Part shown: positions 49,608 through 58,719 of the stretch, piece after piece | Numbering within the stretch: position 1 is the stretch's first letter | Layout: each line of letters opens with the position of its first letter | Origin: Anaeromyxobacteraceae bacterium | Lineage (GTDB): Bacteria > Myxococcota > Myxococcia > Myxococcales > Anaeromyxobacteraceae | NCBI GenBank assembly: GCA_032654565.1 | Contig: JAULAX010000017.1 | Span: 224,001 to 288,000, forward strand | Length of the DNA stretch: 64,000 nucleotides | Direction of reading: 5' to 3' | Position numbers and translations under genes: made by a program | Notes under the pieces: generated by a model | Told to the model about the DNA's origin: nothing | The model's input: the letters and a program-made list of their open reading frames with translations, nothing else | Database searches by the model: none

Positions 49608-50114
49608 ATGGCCGACCAGCTGCACGCCACCTTCAAGACCTCCCTCGGAGACCTCGTCATCCGTCTCCTCCCCGAGAAGGCCCCCAAGACCGTGGAGAAC
49701 TTCCTCGGCCTGGCCGAGGGGACCAAGGAGTGGACCCACCCCGGCACTGGCAAGAAGTCGAAGACCCCGCTCTACGACGGCACCCTGTTCCACCGGGTCA
49801 TCCCGGAGTTCATGATCCAGGGGGGCGATCCCACCGCCACCGGCACCGGCGGCCCCGGCTACCGGTTCGAGGACGAGATCGGGCCCGACAACCGCTTCGA
49901 CAAGCCCGGCCTGCTGGCCATGGCCAACTCCGGCCCCAACACCAACGGCTGCCAGTTCTTCATCACCGAGGTGCCGACCCCGCACCTCAACCGCGGCCAC
50001 ACCATCTTCGGCGAGGTGGTCAAGGGCGGCGAGCTGGTCTTCAAGATCGGCCGCGCCGGCAACAAGAAGGTCACCCTGGAGAAGGTGACCATCACCCGCG
50101 GCGCCCTGCCGTAG
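49608..50114 (+). CDS. Cytoplasmic cyclophilin-type peptidyl-prolyl isomerase
   Basis: FHRVIPEFMIQGGDP, AMANSGPNTNGCQFFIT. Confidence 0.93.
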   Translation: MADQLHATFKTSLGDLVIRLLPEKAPKTVENFLGLAEGTKEWTHPGTGKKSKTPLYDGTLFHRVIPEFMIQGGDPTATGTGGPGYRFEDEIGPDNRFDKPGLLAMANSGPNTNGCQFFITEVPTPHLNRGHTIFGEVVKGGELVFKIGRAGNKKVTLEKVTITRGALP

Positions 50115-50201
50115 CGTCGCCCGCCGCCTCAGGACCAGGCCGGCCCGGCCGGGCACCCCCCCGGGGGCGCCTCGCCGGGCCGCCGCGTGCTAGAGAGGGG
50201 C

Positions 50202-51131
50202 GTGACCAGGAAGAAACCACCGTTCCGCGCCGGGTTCGTGGCCCTCATCGGCCGGCCCAACGTCGGCAAGTCGACGCTGCTCAACCGGCTGCTCGGCGAG
50301 CACATCGCCATCGTCTCCCCGCGGCCGCAGACCACCCGGACCCGCATCCTCGGCATCGTCAACGGCGAGGACTACCAGCTGGCCTTCTTCGACACCCCCG
50401 GGGTGCACCAGGCCAAGGGAGCGCTCAACCGGCGCATGGTCGAGGTGGCCCTCACCACGCTCCACGAGGTGGACGCGGTGCTGATGATGATCGAGGCCGG
50501 CACCGGGCCGGGCGGGCGGGTGGAGATCGGCGAGGGGACCCGCGCCGTCATCGCCGAGGTGGCCCGCAGCGGCAAGCCGGCGGTGCTCGGCATCAACAAG
50601 GCCGACCGGGCCCCGCGGGAGACGCTGCTGCCGGTGATCGAGGCCTACAAGGACCTGCACCGCTGGGCCGCCATCGTCCCGTTCTCGGCCAAGACCGGCG
50701 ACAACGTCGACGACCTGGTGGCGACGCTGGTCGAGACCCTGCCCGGGAGCGAGGCGCCGCTCTTCCCCGCCGACCAGCTCACCGACCAGGCCGAGCGGCA
50801 GCTGGCGGCCGAGTACGTCCGCGAGCAGATCATGCTGAAGACCCGGCAGGAGCTCCCCTACTCGGCGGCCGTCGAGGTGGAGGAGTTCGACGAGTCGGGG
50901 CGGCGCGAGGACGGCGGCCTGATCCGCATCTCGGCCCTGATCCGCGTCGAGCGGGACTCGCAGAAGGCCATCATCATCGGCAAGAAGGGTTCGATGCTGA
51001 AGGAGATCGGCACCGCCGCCCGCCTGCGGCTGGAGCGGCTGCTGGGGGCCAAGGTCTTCCTGGCCCTCACCGTCAAGGTGGACGAGCGCTGGACCGAGAA
51101 GGACGCCGCGGTCCGGAGGCTGGTCACGTGA
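50202..51131 (+). CDS. era: GTPase Era
   Basis: GRPNVGKSTL, PQTTR, DTPG, QELPYS, IIIGKKG KH domain. Confidence 0.96.
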   Translation: MTRKKPPFRAGFVALIGRPNVGKSTLLNRLLGEHIAIVSPRPQTTRTRILGIVNGEDYQLAFFDTPGVHQAKGALNRRMVEVALTTLHEVDAVLMMIEAGTGPGGRVEIGEGTRAVIAEVARSGKPAVLGINKADRAPRETLLPVIEAYKDLHRWAAIVPFSAKTGDNVDDLVATLVETLPGSEAPLFPADQLTDQAERQLAAEYVREQIMLKTRQELPYSAAVEVEEFDESGRREDGGLIRISALIRVERDSQKAIIIGKKGSMLKEIGTAARLRLERLLGAKVFLALTVKVDERWTEKDAAVRRLVT

Positions 51132-52540
51132 GCCCGCGCCCGGTCATCGCCCTGGTGGGGCGCCCCAACGTCGGCAAGTCCACGCTCTTCAACCGGCTGG
51201 TGGGTCGCCGGGTGGCCATCGTCCAGGACCTCCCCGGGGTGACCCGCGACCGCAACTACGCCGACCTGGTCTGGGAGGGGCGGGCCCTCTCCCTGGTCGA
51301 CACCGGCGGCTTCGAGCCGGAGTCGCGCGATCGTCTCATGTCGCAGGTCCGCCAGCAGGCCCAGCTGGCCACCGAGGAGGCGGCCGCGGTGGTGCTGGTG
51401 GTCGACGGCCGCGAGGGGCTGACCAACGTCGATCGCGCCGTGGCCGACCTGCTGCGCCGCTCCCGCAAGCCCTTCTTCGTCGCCGTCAACAAGGTCGACA
51501 CCTCCAAGACCGAGGGCGAGATCCCGCTGGCCGAGTTCTACGAGCTGGGCTTCGGCGAGGTCTTCCCGGTCTCGGCCGAGCACGGCCGCGGCACCGACGA
51601 GCTGCTGGAGGCCATCGTCGCGGCCCTGGGCATCCAGCCGGCCCCGCCGCCGCCGGAGTTCGAGCCCTTCGCCGAGGAGGAGGACGAGCCCGAGGAGGTC
51701 AGCGAGGACCAGCGCCCCACCGGCGACATCCGCATCGCCATCGTCGGGCGCCCCAACGTGGGCAAGTCCACCTTCGTCAACTCGTTGCTGGGCAAGGAGC
51801 GCTTCGTCGTCTCCGACATCCCCGGCACCACCCGCGACGCCATCGACTCGCTGGTGGTCCACGGCGACCGGCGCTTCGTGGTCACCGACACCGCCGGCAT
51901 CCGCCGCAAGGCCACCATCTCCACCACCGTGGAGAGCTACTCGGTGGTCCGCTCCATGAAGGCCATGGACGACGCCGAGGTGGTGGCGGTGATGCTCGAC
52001 GCCACCGAGGCCGGCGTGGATCAGGACGCCAAGCTGCTGGCCCTGGTGCTGGAGAAGGCCAAGGCGCTGGTGGTGGTGGTCAACAAGTGGGACATCGCCG
52101 AGAAGGAGGGGGCCACCCAGGACTGGTACCGCCAGGAGCTGGGCAAGCGGCTCCCCTTCGTGGCCTTCGCCCCCATGGTCTTCGTCTCGGCCAAGGTCGG
52201 GACCGGCGTCGGCAAGGTGCTGGAGAAGGCCGCCCTGCTGGTCGAGCAGTACCGGGCCCGCTTCCCCACCCCGCAGCTCAACGAGCTGCTGGAGCGGGTG
52301 CAGGAGGAGCACCCGGCCCCGTCGTCGGGGGGGCGCCCGGTGAAGCTCTTCTACATCGCCCAGGTGGCCTACGCCCCGCCCACCTTCGTCATCAACTGCG
52401 GCCGGCCCGAGGCCATCGGCGACAGCTACCGGCGCTACGTGGAGAACCGCTTCCGCCAGGCCTTCGGCCTGGAGGTGCCCATGCGGCTGGTCTTCCGAGA
52501 GCGGAAGCGGCGCAAGCGGCCGCGCCAGAAGAAGGAATGA
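51128..52540 (+). CDS. der: Ribosome biogenesis GTPase Der (EngA)
   Basis: Two GRPNVGKS domains, GVTRD/GTTRD, DTGG/DTAG. Confidence 0.96.
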   Translation: MSPRPVIALVGRPNVGKSTLFNRLVGRRVAIVQDLPGVTRDRNYADLVWEGRALSLVDTGGFEPESRDRLMSQVRQQAQLATEEAAAVVLVVDGREGLTNVDRAVADLLRRSRKPFFVAVNKVDTSKTEGEIPLAEFYELGFGEVFPVSAEHGRGTDELLEAIVAALGIQPAPPPPEFEPFAEEEDEPEEVSEDQRPTGDIRIAIVGRPNVGKSTFVNSLLGKERFVVSDIPGTTRDAIDSLVVHGDRRFVVTDTAGIRRKATISTTVESYSVVRSMKAMDDAEVVAVMLDATEAGVDQDAKLLALVLEKAKALVVVVNKWDIAEKEGATQDWYRQELGKRLPFVAFAPMVFVSAKVGTGVGKVLEKAALLVEQYRARFPTPQLNELLERVQEEHPAPSSGGRPVKLFYIAQVAYAPPTFVINCGRPEAIGDSYRRYVENRFRQAFGLEVPMRLVFRERKRRKRPRQKKE

Positions 52541-52579
52541 GGGCGCTCCGGACCGGGTTTCCACCGGGGCCGCTTCCGC

Positions 52580-52608
52580 TTGACGCTGGCGGGGCTCCCA
52601 CCTAGATT
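52580..52608 (+). promoter_or_regulatory. Putative sigma70 promoter
   Basis: TTGACG-17bp-TAGATT upstream of the 52657 CDS. Confidence 0.55.
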
Positions 52609-52656
52609 ACCGCGACTTTTCCAATGCTTGGGCGAGTCGAGCCCCTGAGAGGCCAC

Positions 52657-53385
52657 ATGTCGAAGAGCGCCGAGCTGAGCCGCAAGGAGATCAAGCAGCC
52701 CGACCAGTTCCAGGTCGTGGCCGGTGAGGCCGCGTCCTGGCTCGGCGGTCACCGCCGCCAGTCGGTGCTGGCCGGCGGCGCGCTGGTGGTGGTGCTGGTG
52801 GGCGCCCTGGCCTTCATGGCCGTCCGCGAGCGGCGCAGCGCCGGGGCCGCGGCGCTCCTCTCCCAGGTCTACCGGGCCGCCGGCGGCGAGCTCAGCGCCG
52901 TGCCGCTCCCCGGCGTCCCCGGGCCGTTCTTCGCCAGCGACGCGGCCCGGCAGAAGGCCGTGGCCCAGGCGGCCGACACGCTGCTCGCCGAGTACCCCGG
53001 GACCTCGCAGGCGGCGCTGGGGGCGCTGGCCAAGGGCGACGCCCACCTCCGCCTCGGCGAGTTCGACGCCGCCGCCGCCGCCTACCAGCTCTACCTGTCG
53101 TCGGCCCGGCGCACCGACTCCTTCCGCTTCTCGGCGCTGGAGGGGCTGGCGCTCGCCGCCGAGGGGAAGGGTGACACCGCCGGGGCGCTGGCCGGCTGGA
53201 CCCGGTTCGGCGCCGAGGTGGCCGCGCAGGCCGACCGGGCCGACCTGGAGCGGGCCCGGCTGCTGGCCGGCTCCGGCAAGGCCGACGAGGCGCGCGCCCT
53301 GCTGGCCTCGTTCGGCGACGCCCACAAGGGCTCGCAGCTGACCGGCGAGGCCGCCGAGCGGCTGGCCCGGCTGGGCGGCCGCTAG
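52657..53385 (+). CDS. YfgM-like single-TM tetratricopeptide protein
   Basis: RKEIKQPDQF, one TM helix, TPR-like helices; adjacent to der and a BamB-like gene. Confidence 0.75.
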   Translation: MSKSAELSRKEIKQPDQFQVVAGEAASWLGGHRRQSVLAGGALVVVLVGALAFMAVRERRSAGAAALLSQVYRAAGGELSAVPLPGVPGPFFASDAARQKAVAQAADTLLAEYPGTSQAALGALAKGDAHLRLGEFDAAAAAYQLYLSSARRTDSFRFSALEGLALAAEGKGDTAGALAGWTRFGAEVAAQADRADLERARLLAGSGKADEARALLASFGDAHKGSQLTGEAAERLARLGGR

Positions 53386-54477
53386 ATGGTGTTCGCCCCG
53401 CTGGTCGCCCTGGCCCTCGCTGCGGTGCCGGCCGAGACCGGCCGCATGCCGCCCCTGCCGCGCGAGCTCTTCAGCATCGCCTGGAAGCGGTCGCTGGTGC
53501 ACGCCGAGTTCGGCGACTACCTGGCCGGCGAGCTGGGCGGCGCCGCGGTGGATGCCGCCAGCGGGCTGGTGCTGGTGGGGACGCGCGACGGCTGGCTCCA
53601 CGCCCTGCGCCCCGACGGGTCGCTGGCCTGGGAGTTCCGCGGCGGTGGCGCCTTCGCCGCGGAGCCGCTGGTCGCCGGCGGGACCGTCTACGCCGGCTGC
53701 CAGGACGGCCGGCTCTACGCCCTGGCGCTCGACAGCGGGCAGGTCCGCTGGAGCTACGACGCCAAGGAGCAGCTGGGGACCCGGCCGCTCCTGGTGAAGG
53801 GGCTGGTGCTGGTGGCCAGCCTGCAGGACACCGTCTTCGCCGTGGACGCCGCCAGCGGCGCCTGGCGCTGGCACCACCGCCGGGAGCCCGGCGAGGGGTT
53901 CACCATCCACGGCGCCGCCTCGGTGCAGGCCGACGGCGAGCGGCTCTTCGCCGCCTACTCCGACGGCACCGTCACCGCGCTGGAGACCGCCTCGGGGCGG
54001 GTCCGGTGGGAGCAGCACGTCGCCCCCGCTGGCCGCTACACAGACGTCGACTCGCTGGCCCTCGCCGATGGTCGCCTCTACCTGGCCGCCTACTCCGGCG
54101 CCGTCATGGCGCTCGACGGCGCCACCGGCAAGACCCTCTGGAGCCAGCCCCACGCCGACGCCTCGCGGGTGCTGGTGGACCGGGGGGCGCTGCTGGCGGT
54201 GACCGGCAAGGAGGTGGTCTCCCTCTCCTTGAAGGACGGAACCCCCAACTGGACCGCGCCGCTGCAGGGCGCCACCGGGGGGGCGCTGCGCGTCACCGGC
54301 CGCTGGCTGCTGGTGCCGGCCCGCGACGGCGGCCTGCGCTTCTACGAGGCGGCCAGCGGGCGGCTGCTGCGCGTGCTCGACCCCGGCTCCGGCGTCTCCT
54401 CGACGCCGGCCGTCCTCGGGCGGCGGGCCTACGTGCTCTCCAACGCCGGCACGCTGCTGGCGCTCGACCTGGAGTAG
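53386..54477 (+). CDS. PQQ-like beta-propeller protein (BamB-like)
   Basis: Repeated LYAL..D..SG.VRW motifs, signal peptide. Confidence 0.8.
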   Translation: MVFAPLVALALAAVPAETGRMPPLPRELFSIAWKRSLVHAEFGDYLAGELGGAAVDAASGLVLVGTRDGWLHALRPDGSLAWEFRGGGAFAAEPLVAGGTVYAGCQDGRLYALALDSGQVRWSYDAKEQLGTRPLLVKGLVLVASLQDTVFAVDAASGAWRWHHRREPGEGFTIHGAASVQADGERLFAAYSDGTVTALETASGRVRWEQHVAPAGRYTDVDSLALADGRLYLAAYSGAVMALDGATGKTLWSQPHADASRVLVDRGALLAVTGKEVVSLSLKDGTPNWTAPLQGATGGALRVTGRWLLVPARDGGLRFYEAASGRLLRVLDPGSGVSSTPAVLGRRAYVLSNAGTLLALDLE

Positions 54478-54481
54478 CCCG

Positions 54482-54889
54482 GTGAGGTCGGTCCGCGTCG
54501 TGGCGGCGGTGATCCGCGGCCCGGACGGCGTGCTCATCAGCCGGCGCCCGGCCGACGCCGAGCGGGGCGGGCAGTGGGAGTTCCCGGGCGGCAAGGTGGA
54601 GCCCGGCGAGCCCGAGCCGGCGGCGCTGCTCCGCGAGATCGCCGAGGAGCTGGGCTGCGGCGTCGAGGTGGGTGGGCTGCTCACCCGGCACCGCCACCGC
54701 TACCCCGACCTGGAGGTGGAGCTGGCCTTCTACGCCTGCCGCCTGGCCCCGGGGGCGGCGCCGCGGGCCATCGGCGTCGCGGCGCTGGCCTGGGCGCCTC
54801 CGGGCACGCTGGCCGGCTACGACTTCTGCGAGGCCGACCTGCCGGTGCTGCCGCTCATCGAGGCCGTCCTGGCGGGCGAAGAGGCGTAG
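54482..54889 (+). CDS. NUDIX hydrolase, MutT/NudG-like
   Basis: WEFPGGKVEPGEPEPAALLREIAEELG. Confidence 0.9.
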   Translation: MRSVRVVAAVIRGPDGVLISRRPADAERGGQWEFPGGKVEPGEPEPAALLREIAEELGCGVEVGGLLTRHRHRYPDLEVELAFYACRLAPGAAPRAIGVAALAWAPPGTLAGYDFCEADLPVLPLIEAVLAGEEA

Positions 54890-54898
54890 CGCCCCGCG

Positions 54899-55423
54899 CT
54901 AGCGCCGCTTCCGCGACCGGCCCCGGGCCGGCTCGGGCTCGCCCGCCACCAGCACCTGCCACTCGACCGGGGCGTAGCGCCGGCCGTCCTCGCCGTGCAG
55001 CTCCAGGGAGGCGGCGCCGTCGACGCGCAGCCGCAGCCCCGCCCCGGGGGCCAGCGGCGCCTCGGGGCGGAGCGTCAGGACCGTGACCGCTCCGACCTCT
55101 CGCTCCCCGCTGGACGGGACGAAGGCGTCGCCGCCGTCGAGCAGCGAGAGCCGGGCGTCGGCGAGCCGGAGCCGCAGCTCGACGCGGAAGCTGGCCCGGG
55201 GCGGCACGGTGGTCTCGCCGCGGCTCGCCAGCACCGTGGTCAGCGCGCCGAGCTGCGCCTGGGCGGTGGCCCCGCCCAGCTCGAGCACCGGAGGCGGGGA
55301 GGGGACGACGTTGGCGGCGGCCACGTTGGCGGCCGCCGTGGGCGGAGGCGGGGCGGTGACCGCCGAGCCGGGCTGGCAGGCGGCCAGGGCCAGGACCAGG
55401 GCGGGGAGGGCGTGCCGGTTCAC
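54899..55423 (-). CDS. Hypothetical lipoprotein
   Basis: Lipobox LAAC; 4-nt overlap with the M3 peptidase stop. Confidence 0.7.
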   Translation of the reverse strand: MNRHALPALVLALAACQPGSAVTAPPPPTAAANVAAANVVPSPPPVLELGGATAQAQLGALTTVLASRGETTVPPRASFRVELRLRLADARLSLLDGGDAFVPSSGEREVGAVTVLTLRPEAPLAPGAGLRLRVDGAASLELHGEDGRRYAPVEWQVLVAGEPEPARGRSRKRR

Positions 55424-57543
55424 CGGGGCTTGGCAGCGGCCTTGGGCTCGGGGAAGCCACGCCGGCGCATCAGGGCGCCGACCCCGGCGTCGCGCCCGCG
55501 GAAGGCCCGGTAGCCCTCGGCGGGATCGACGGTGTTGCCCACCGAGAAGACGTGGGCCTTGAGCCTGCGGGCCACCGCCGCGTCGTAGGGGCCGCCGGCC
55601 TCGGTGAAGGCCTCGAAGGCGTCGGCGCCGAGGGTGTCGGCCCAGAGGTAGCTGTAGTAGCCGGCGGCGTAGCCGTCGGAGCTGAAGAGGTGGCTGAACT
55701 GCGGCAGCCGGTGGCGCATCACCAGCTCCCGGGGCATGCCCAGCGCCGCCAGCGTCTCCCGCTCGAAGACGGCCGGATCGACCGGCCCGGTGGCCAGGTG
55801 GAGCTTCATGTCCACCAGGGCCGAGGAGAGGTACTCCACCGTGGTGAAGCCCTGGTTGAAGCGGGCCGCCTTCTCGATCTTGGCCAGCAGGGCCCGGGGC
55901 ATGGGCTGGCCGGTGGTGGCGTGGCGGGCGAAGCGCTCCAGCAGCTCGGGGGTGGCCAGCCAGCGCTCCAGGATCTGCGAGGGGAACTCCACGTAGTCGC
56001 GGTCGACGTCGGTGCCGGAGAGCGACGGGTAGCTGACGCTGGAGCAGAGGCCGTGGAGGGCGTGGCCGAACTCGTGGAAGAGCGTGTCGGCGTCGTCCCA
56101 GCCGATCAGCACCGGCTGGCCGGGCGCACCCTTGACGAAGTTGGAGTTGTTGGAGACCAGGGTGGTGACCTCGCCGTCGAAGCGCGACTGGTTCAGGTAG
56201 GCGTTCATCCAGGCGCCGGAGCGCTTGCCGGGGCGGGCGAAGGGGTCGAAGTACCAGAGCCCCACCAGCCTGCCGGCGCCGTCCTTGACCTGCCAGACCC
56301 GGACGTCGGGGTCGGGCACCGGGACGCCGGCCGCCGGGGTGAAGTGCAGGTCGAAGAGCCGACCGGCCACCCAGAACATCCCCTCGCGGAGCTGCTCCAG
56401 CTGCAGGTAGGGCTTCACCTCGGCGTCGTCGAGGTCGTACTTCGCCTTGCGGACCTTCTCGGCGTAGAAGCGGTAGTCCCAGGGCTCGATGGTGAGGCCG
56501 GGGGACTCGCGGGTGGCGATGGCCTGCATGTCGGCCACCTCCTCGCGGACCCGCGCCACCGCCGCCGGCCAGACCGCCTCCATGAGGGCGACGGCGCGCG
56601 CCGGCGTCCCGGCCATGGAGTCCTCGAGCTTCCAGTGGGCGTGGGTGGGGTAGCCGAGCAGCCGGGCCCGCTCGCCCCGCAGGGCGAGGATCTCGGTGAT
56701 CAGCGTGCCGGTGTCGCGGGCATCGCGGTGATCGCCGCGACTCACGAACATCTCCCAGACCTGCTGGCGCAGGGCCCGGCGGGTCGAGTGGGTCAGGAAG
56801 GGGTCGACGCTGGAGCGGGTGTTGAGGACCACCCAGCCCTTCAGCTTGCGGGCCCGGGCGGCCTCGGCGGCGGCGGACCGGTAGCCGGCCGGCAGCCCCT
56901 CCAGGTCGGCCTCCTTGGTGATGACCACCCGCAGCTCCGACTCCTCGCCCATCAACCGCTGGGAGAAGGCGGTGAAGAGGCCGGCCAGCCGCTCGTTGAT
57001 GGCGGCGACCCGGAGCTTGGCCGCGGCGTCCACCCGGGCGCCGGCGCGCACGAAGCTGTTCCAGCGGAACCAGGTGAGCCGCTTCTGCTCCGGCGTCAGG
57101 CCGGCGGTGTCGCGGGCCGCCTGGACCGCCTCGATGCGGGCGAAGAGCCTGGCGTTCTGGAAGATCCGGTCGCGCTGCGCGGCCAGCCGCGGCTCCATCT
57201 CGGTCTCCACCGCCTGGACCGCCGGGGTGCTGAAGTTGGAGCCGAAGACTCCGAAGACGGCCTGGACCCGTTCGGCCAGCCGCCGGCTCCGCTCCAGCGC
57301 CGCGATGGTGTTCTCGAAGCTGGCCGGCCGGGGATCGTTGGCGATGGCCTCCACGGCGGCCAGCTCAGCGACCATGGCCGCCTCGAGGGCGGGCTTGAGG
57401 TGCTCCACGCGGGCGGTGTCGAAGGGTGGCACGCCGCCATACGGGCCGGTCCAGGGGGCCAGCAGCGGGTTGGGCGGCGGGGTGGCGGCGGGGGCGGGCG
57501 TGGCGGTCAGCATGAGGGCAAGCGAAAGGCCGGCGAGCGGCAT
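55420..57543 (-). CDS. M3-family metallopeptidase (peptidyl-dipeptidase Dcp-like), exported
   Basis: NPLL, KRSGAWM, FHEFGHALH, DYVEFPSQ, GYAAGYYSYLW; signal peptide. Confidence 0.93.
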   Translation of the reverse strand: MPLAGLSLALMLTATPAPAATPPPNPLLAPWTGPYGGVPPFDTARVEHLKPALEAAMVAELAAVEAIANDPRPASFENTIAALERSRRLAERVQAVFGVFGSNFSTPAVQAVETEMEPRLAAQRDRIFQNARLFARIEAVQAARDTAGLTPEQKRLTWFRWNSFVRAGARVDAAAKLRVAAINERLAGLFTAFSQRLMGEESELRVVITKEADLEGLPAGYRSAAAEAARARKLKGWVVLNTRSSVDPFLTHSTRRALRQQVWEMFVSRGDHRDARDTGTLITEILALRGERARLLGYPTHAHWKLEDSMAGTPARAVALMEAVWPAAVARVREEVADMQAIATRESPGLTIEPWDYRFYAEKVRKAKYDLDDAEVKPYLQLEQLREGMFWVAGRLFDLHFTPAAGVPVPDPDVRVWQVKDGAGRLVGLWYFDPFARPGKRSGAWMNAYLNQSRFDGEVTTLVSNNSNFVKGAPGQPVLIGWDDADTLFHEFGHALHGLCSSVSYPSLSGTDVDRDYVEFPSQILERWLATPELLERFARHATTGQPMPRALLAKIEKAARFNQGFTTVEYLSSALVDMKLHLATGPVDPAVFERETLAALGMPRELVMRHRLPQFSHLFSSDGYAAGYYSYLWADTLGADAFEAFTEAGGPYDAAVARRLKAHVFSVGNTVDPAEGYRAFRGRDAGVGALMRRRGFPEPKAAAKPR

Positions 57544-57740
57544 CGAGGACGCCTCGGGGAAGGGGTGGCCCGGGAGTCTACTCGACCTGCGACCGGCGCC
57601 ACGACTCCCTGATCCATCCCGCGGTCCTCGGCGTGAGGCCCCGGCACGGCCTCTCCGGTGCCCAGCCTTTCTGTTGCCTGGCCGCTGAGGCCCCGCCTTG
57701 GTCAAGCCGCGCGGCTGGTCCGCGGCTACATGGCACCCCC

Positions 57741-58271
57741 ATGGATGCCCACTTCGATCAGGTCATGCGCCTCCGGGCCGAGCTGGCGCGCCAGTCGGCG
57801 CCCCCCAGGCCCTACTTTGCCTACTCCACGATCCTCGACCGGACCGCCTTCGAGGCCTGGCGCTCCGAGCACGGGTACGACTCCTTCGACCTGCCGGAGG
57901 GGCCCGTCGTCGAGGCGCTCGACGTCGACCTGACCTACGACTTCCCGTCCCGCTGGTGGGGCGGCCGGGTGGCGGGGCTGGTGAATCGGCCGGGGGCCTC
58001 GGTCTTCGGGCGGCTCTTCACGGTGGCGGGCGTGGACTGGCCCATCGTGCAGCACAAGGAGGGCGGGATCACCGGGATGAGCGTGGAGCGCCCGGTCTGG
58101 GTGCTCGCCGGCGGGGAGCGGGTCGAGGCCACGGCCTTCACCACCAACCCCGCGCGCGCCTCGCTCGAGGGGCCCGTGAGCCCGCGCTTCGTCGAGGCGC
58201 TGGTGCGGGGAGCCCGCGCCGCGGGACTTCCAGCTTCCTACCTGGAGAGGCTCGTTCGGTCAGGGGCTTGA
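57741..58271 (+). CDS. Gamma-glutamylcyclotransferase-like protein
   Basis: YFAYS(T)IL variant of YFAYGSNL, WWGGRVA, HKEG, GARAAGLPASY. Confidence 0.75.
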   Translation: MDAHFDQVMRLRAELARQSAPPRPYFAYSTILDRTAFEAWRSEHGYDSFDLPEGPVVEALDVDLTYDFPSRWWGGRVAGLVNRPGASVFGRLFTVAGVDWPIVQHKEGGITGMSVERPVWVLAGGERVEATAFTTNPARASLEGPVSPRFVEALVRGARAAGLPASYLERLVRSGA

Positions 58272-58337
58272 GCGGAGGCGGAGGCGGACCGTACCAGGTG
58301 GCTGGGTCCGTAATTGTCATGTGGGCGCTACATCTGT

Positions 58338-58365
58338 ACGTCCGATAATATGTATTATGGTGACT
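58338..58365 (+). other. dif site (XerC/XerD chromosome dimer resolution)
   Basis: ACGTCCGATAA-TATGTA-TTATGGTGACT: 11-6-11 layout with inner ATAA/TTAT as in E. coli dif GGTGCGCATAA-TGTATA-TTATGTTAAAT; intergenic AT-rich island. Confidence 0.85.
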
Positions 58366-58443
58366 CGGAGTCTCTCCGGGCCCTCCTGGGAGACGCACCA
58401 TATGGCGCATTCCAGGTCCTTCAGAACGCCGGGCCGGGCCCTT

Positions 58444-58603
58444 CCTCCGGTTGCTCCAGCGCTCTCTTCTGATGGAGCGTGGTCCTTCACTGTATGACGG
58501 CCGCCACCCCTTCCGTCGACCGGAGGGCGCCATGACCCTGATCGGCGCCTGCGCCACGGCCTTGAACGCCTGCGGCGCCGACCAGGGCCCCCTGCTGGCC
58601 TGA
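58444..58603 (+). ncRNA. Candidate structured leader RNA plus 23-aa ORF (58532-58603)
   Basis: Four-way junction 58444-58526 sequestering GGAGG, then MTLIGACATALNACGADQGPLLA*. Confidence 0.3.
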
Positions 58604-58719
58604 CCGCTCCACCGGCCTGGCCAGCACCCGCACCAACCTGGCAGGTACGCCTCGTCTTGCCGCGGCCCGGGGGCCCGTGCCAACGTCGCGGCCCCCATCC
58701 CACCTCAGGAGCCCCGCCC

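Noticed and set aside
58444..58526. tRNA or hammerhead ribozyme
   Set aside because: Cloverleaf-like but no TTCRA T-loop, D-loop GG or CCA; CTGATGG is not CTGANGA and no GAAA core
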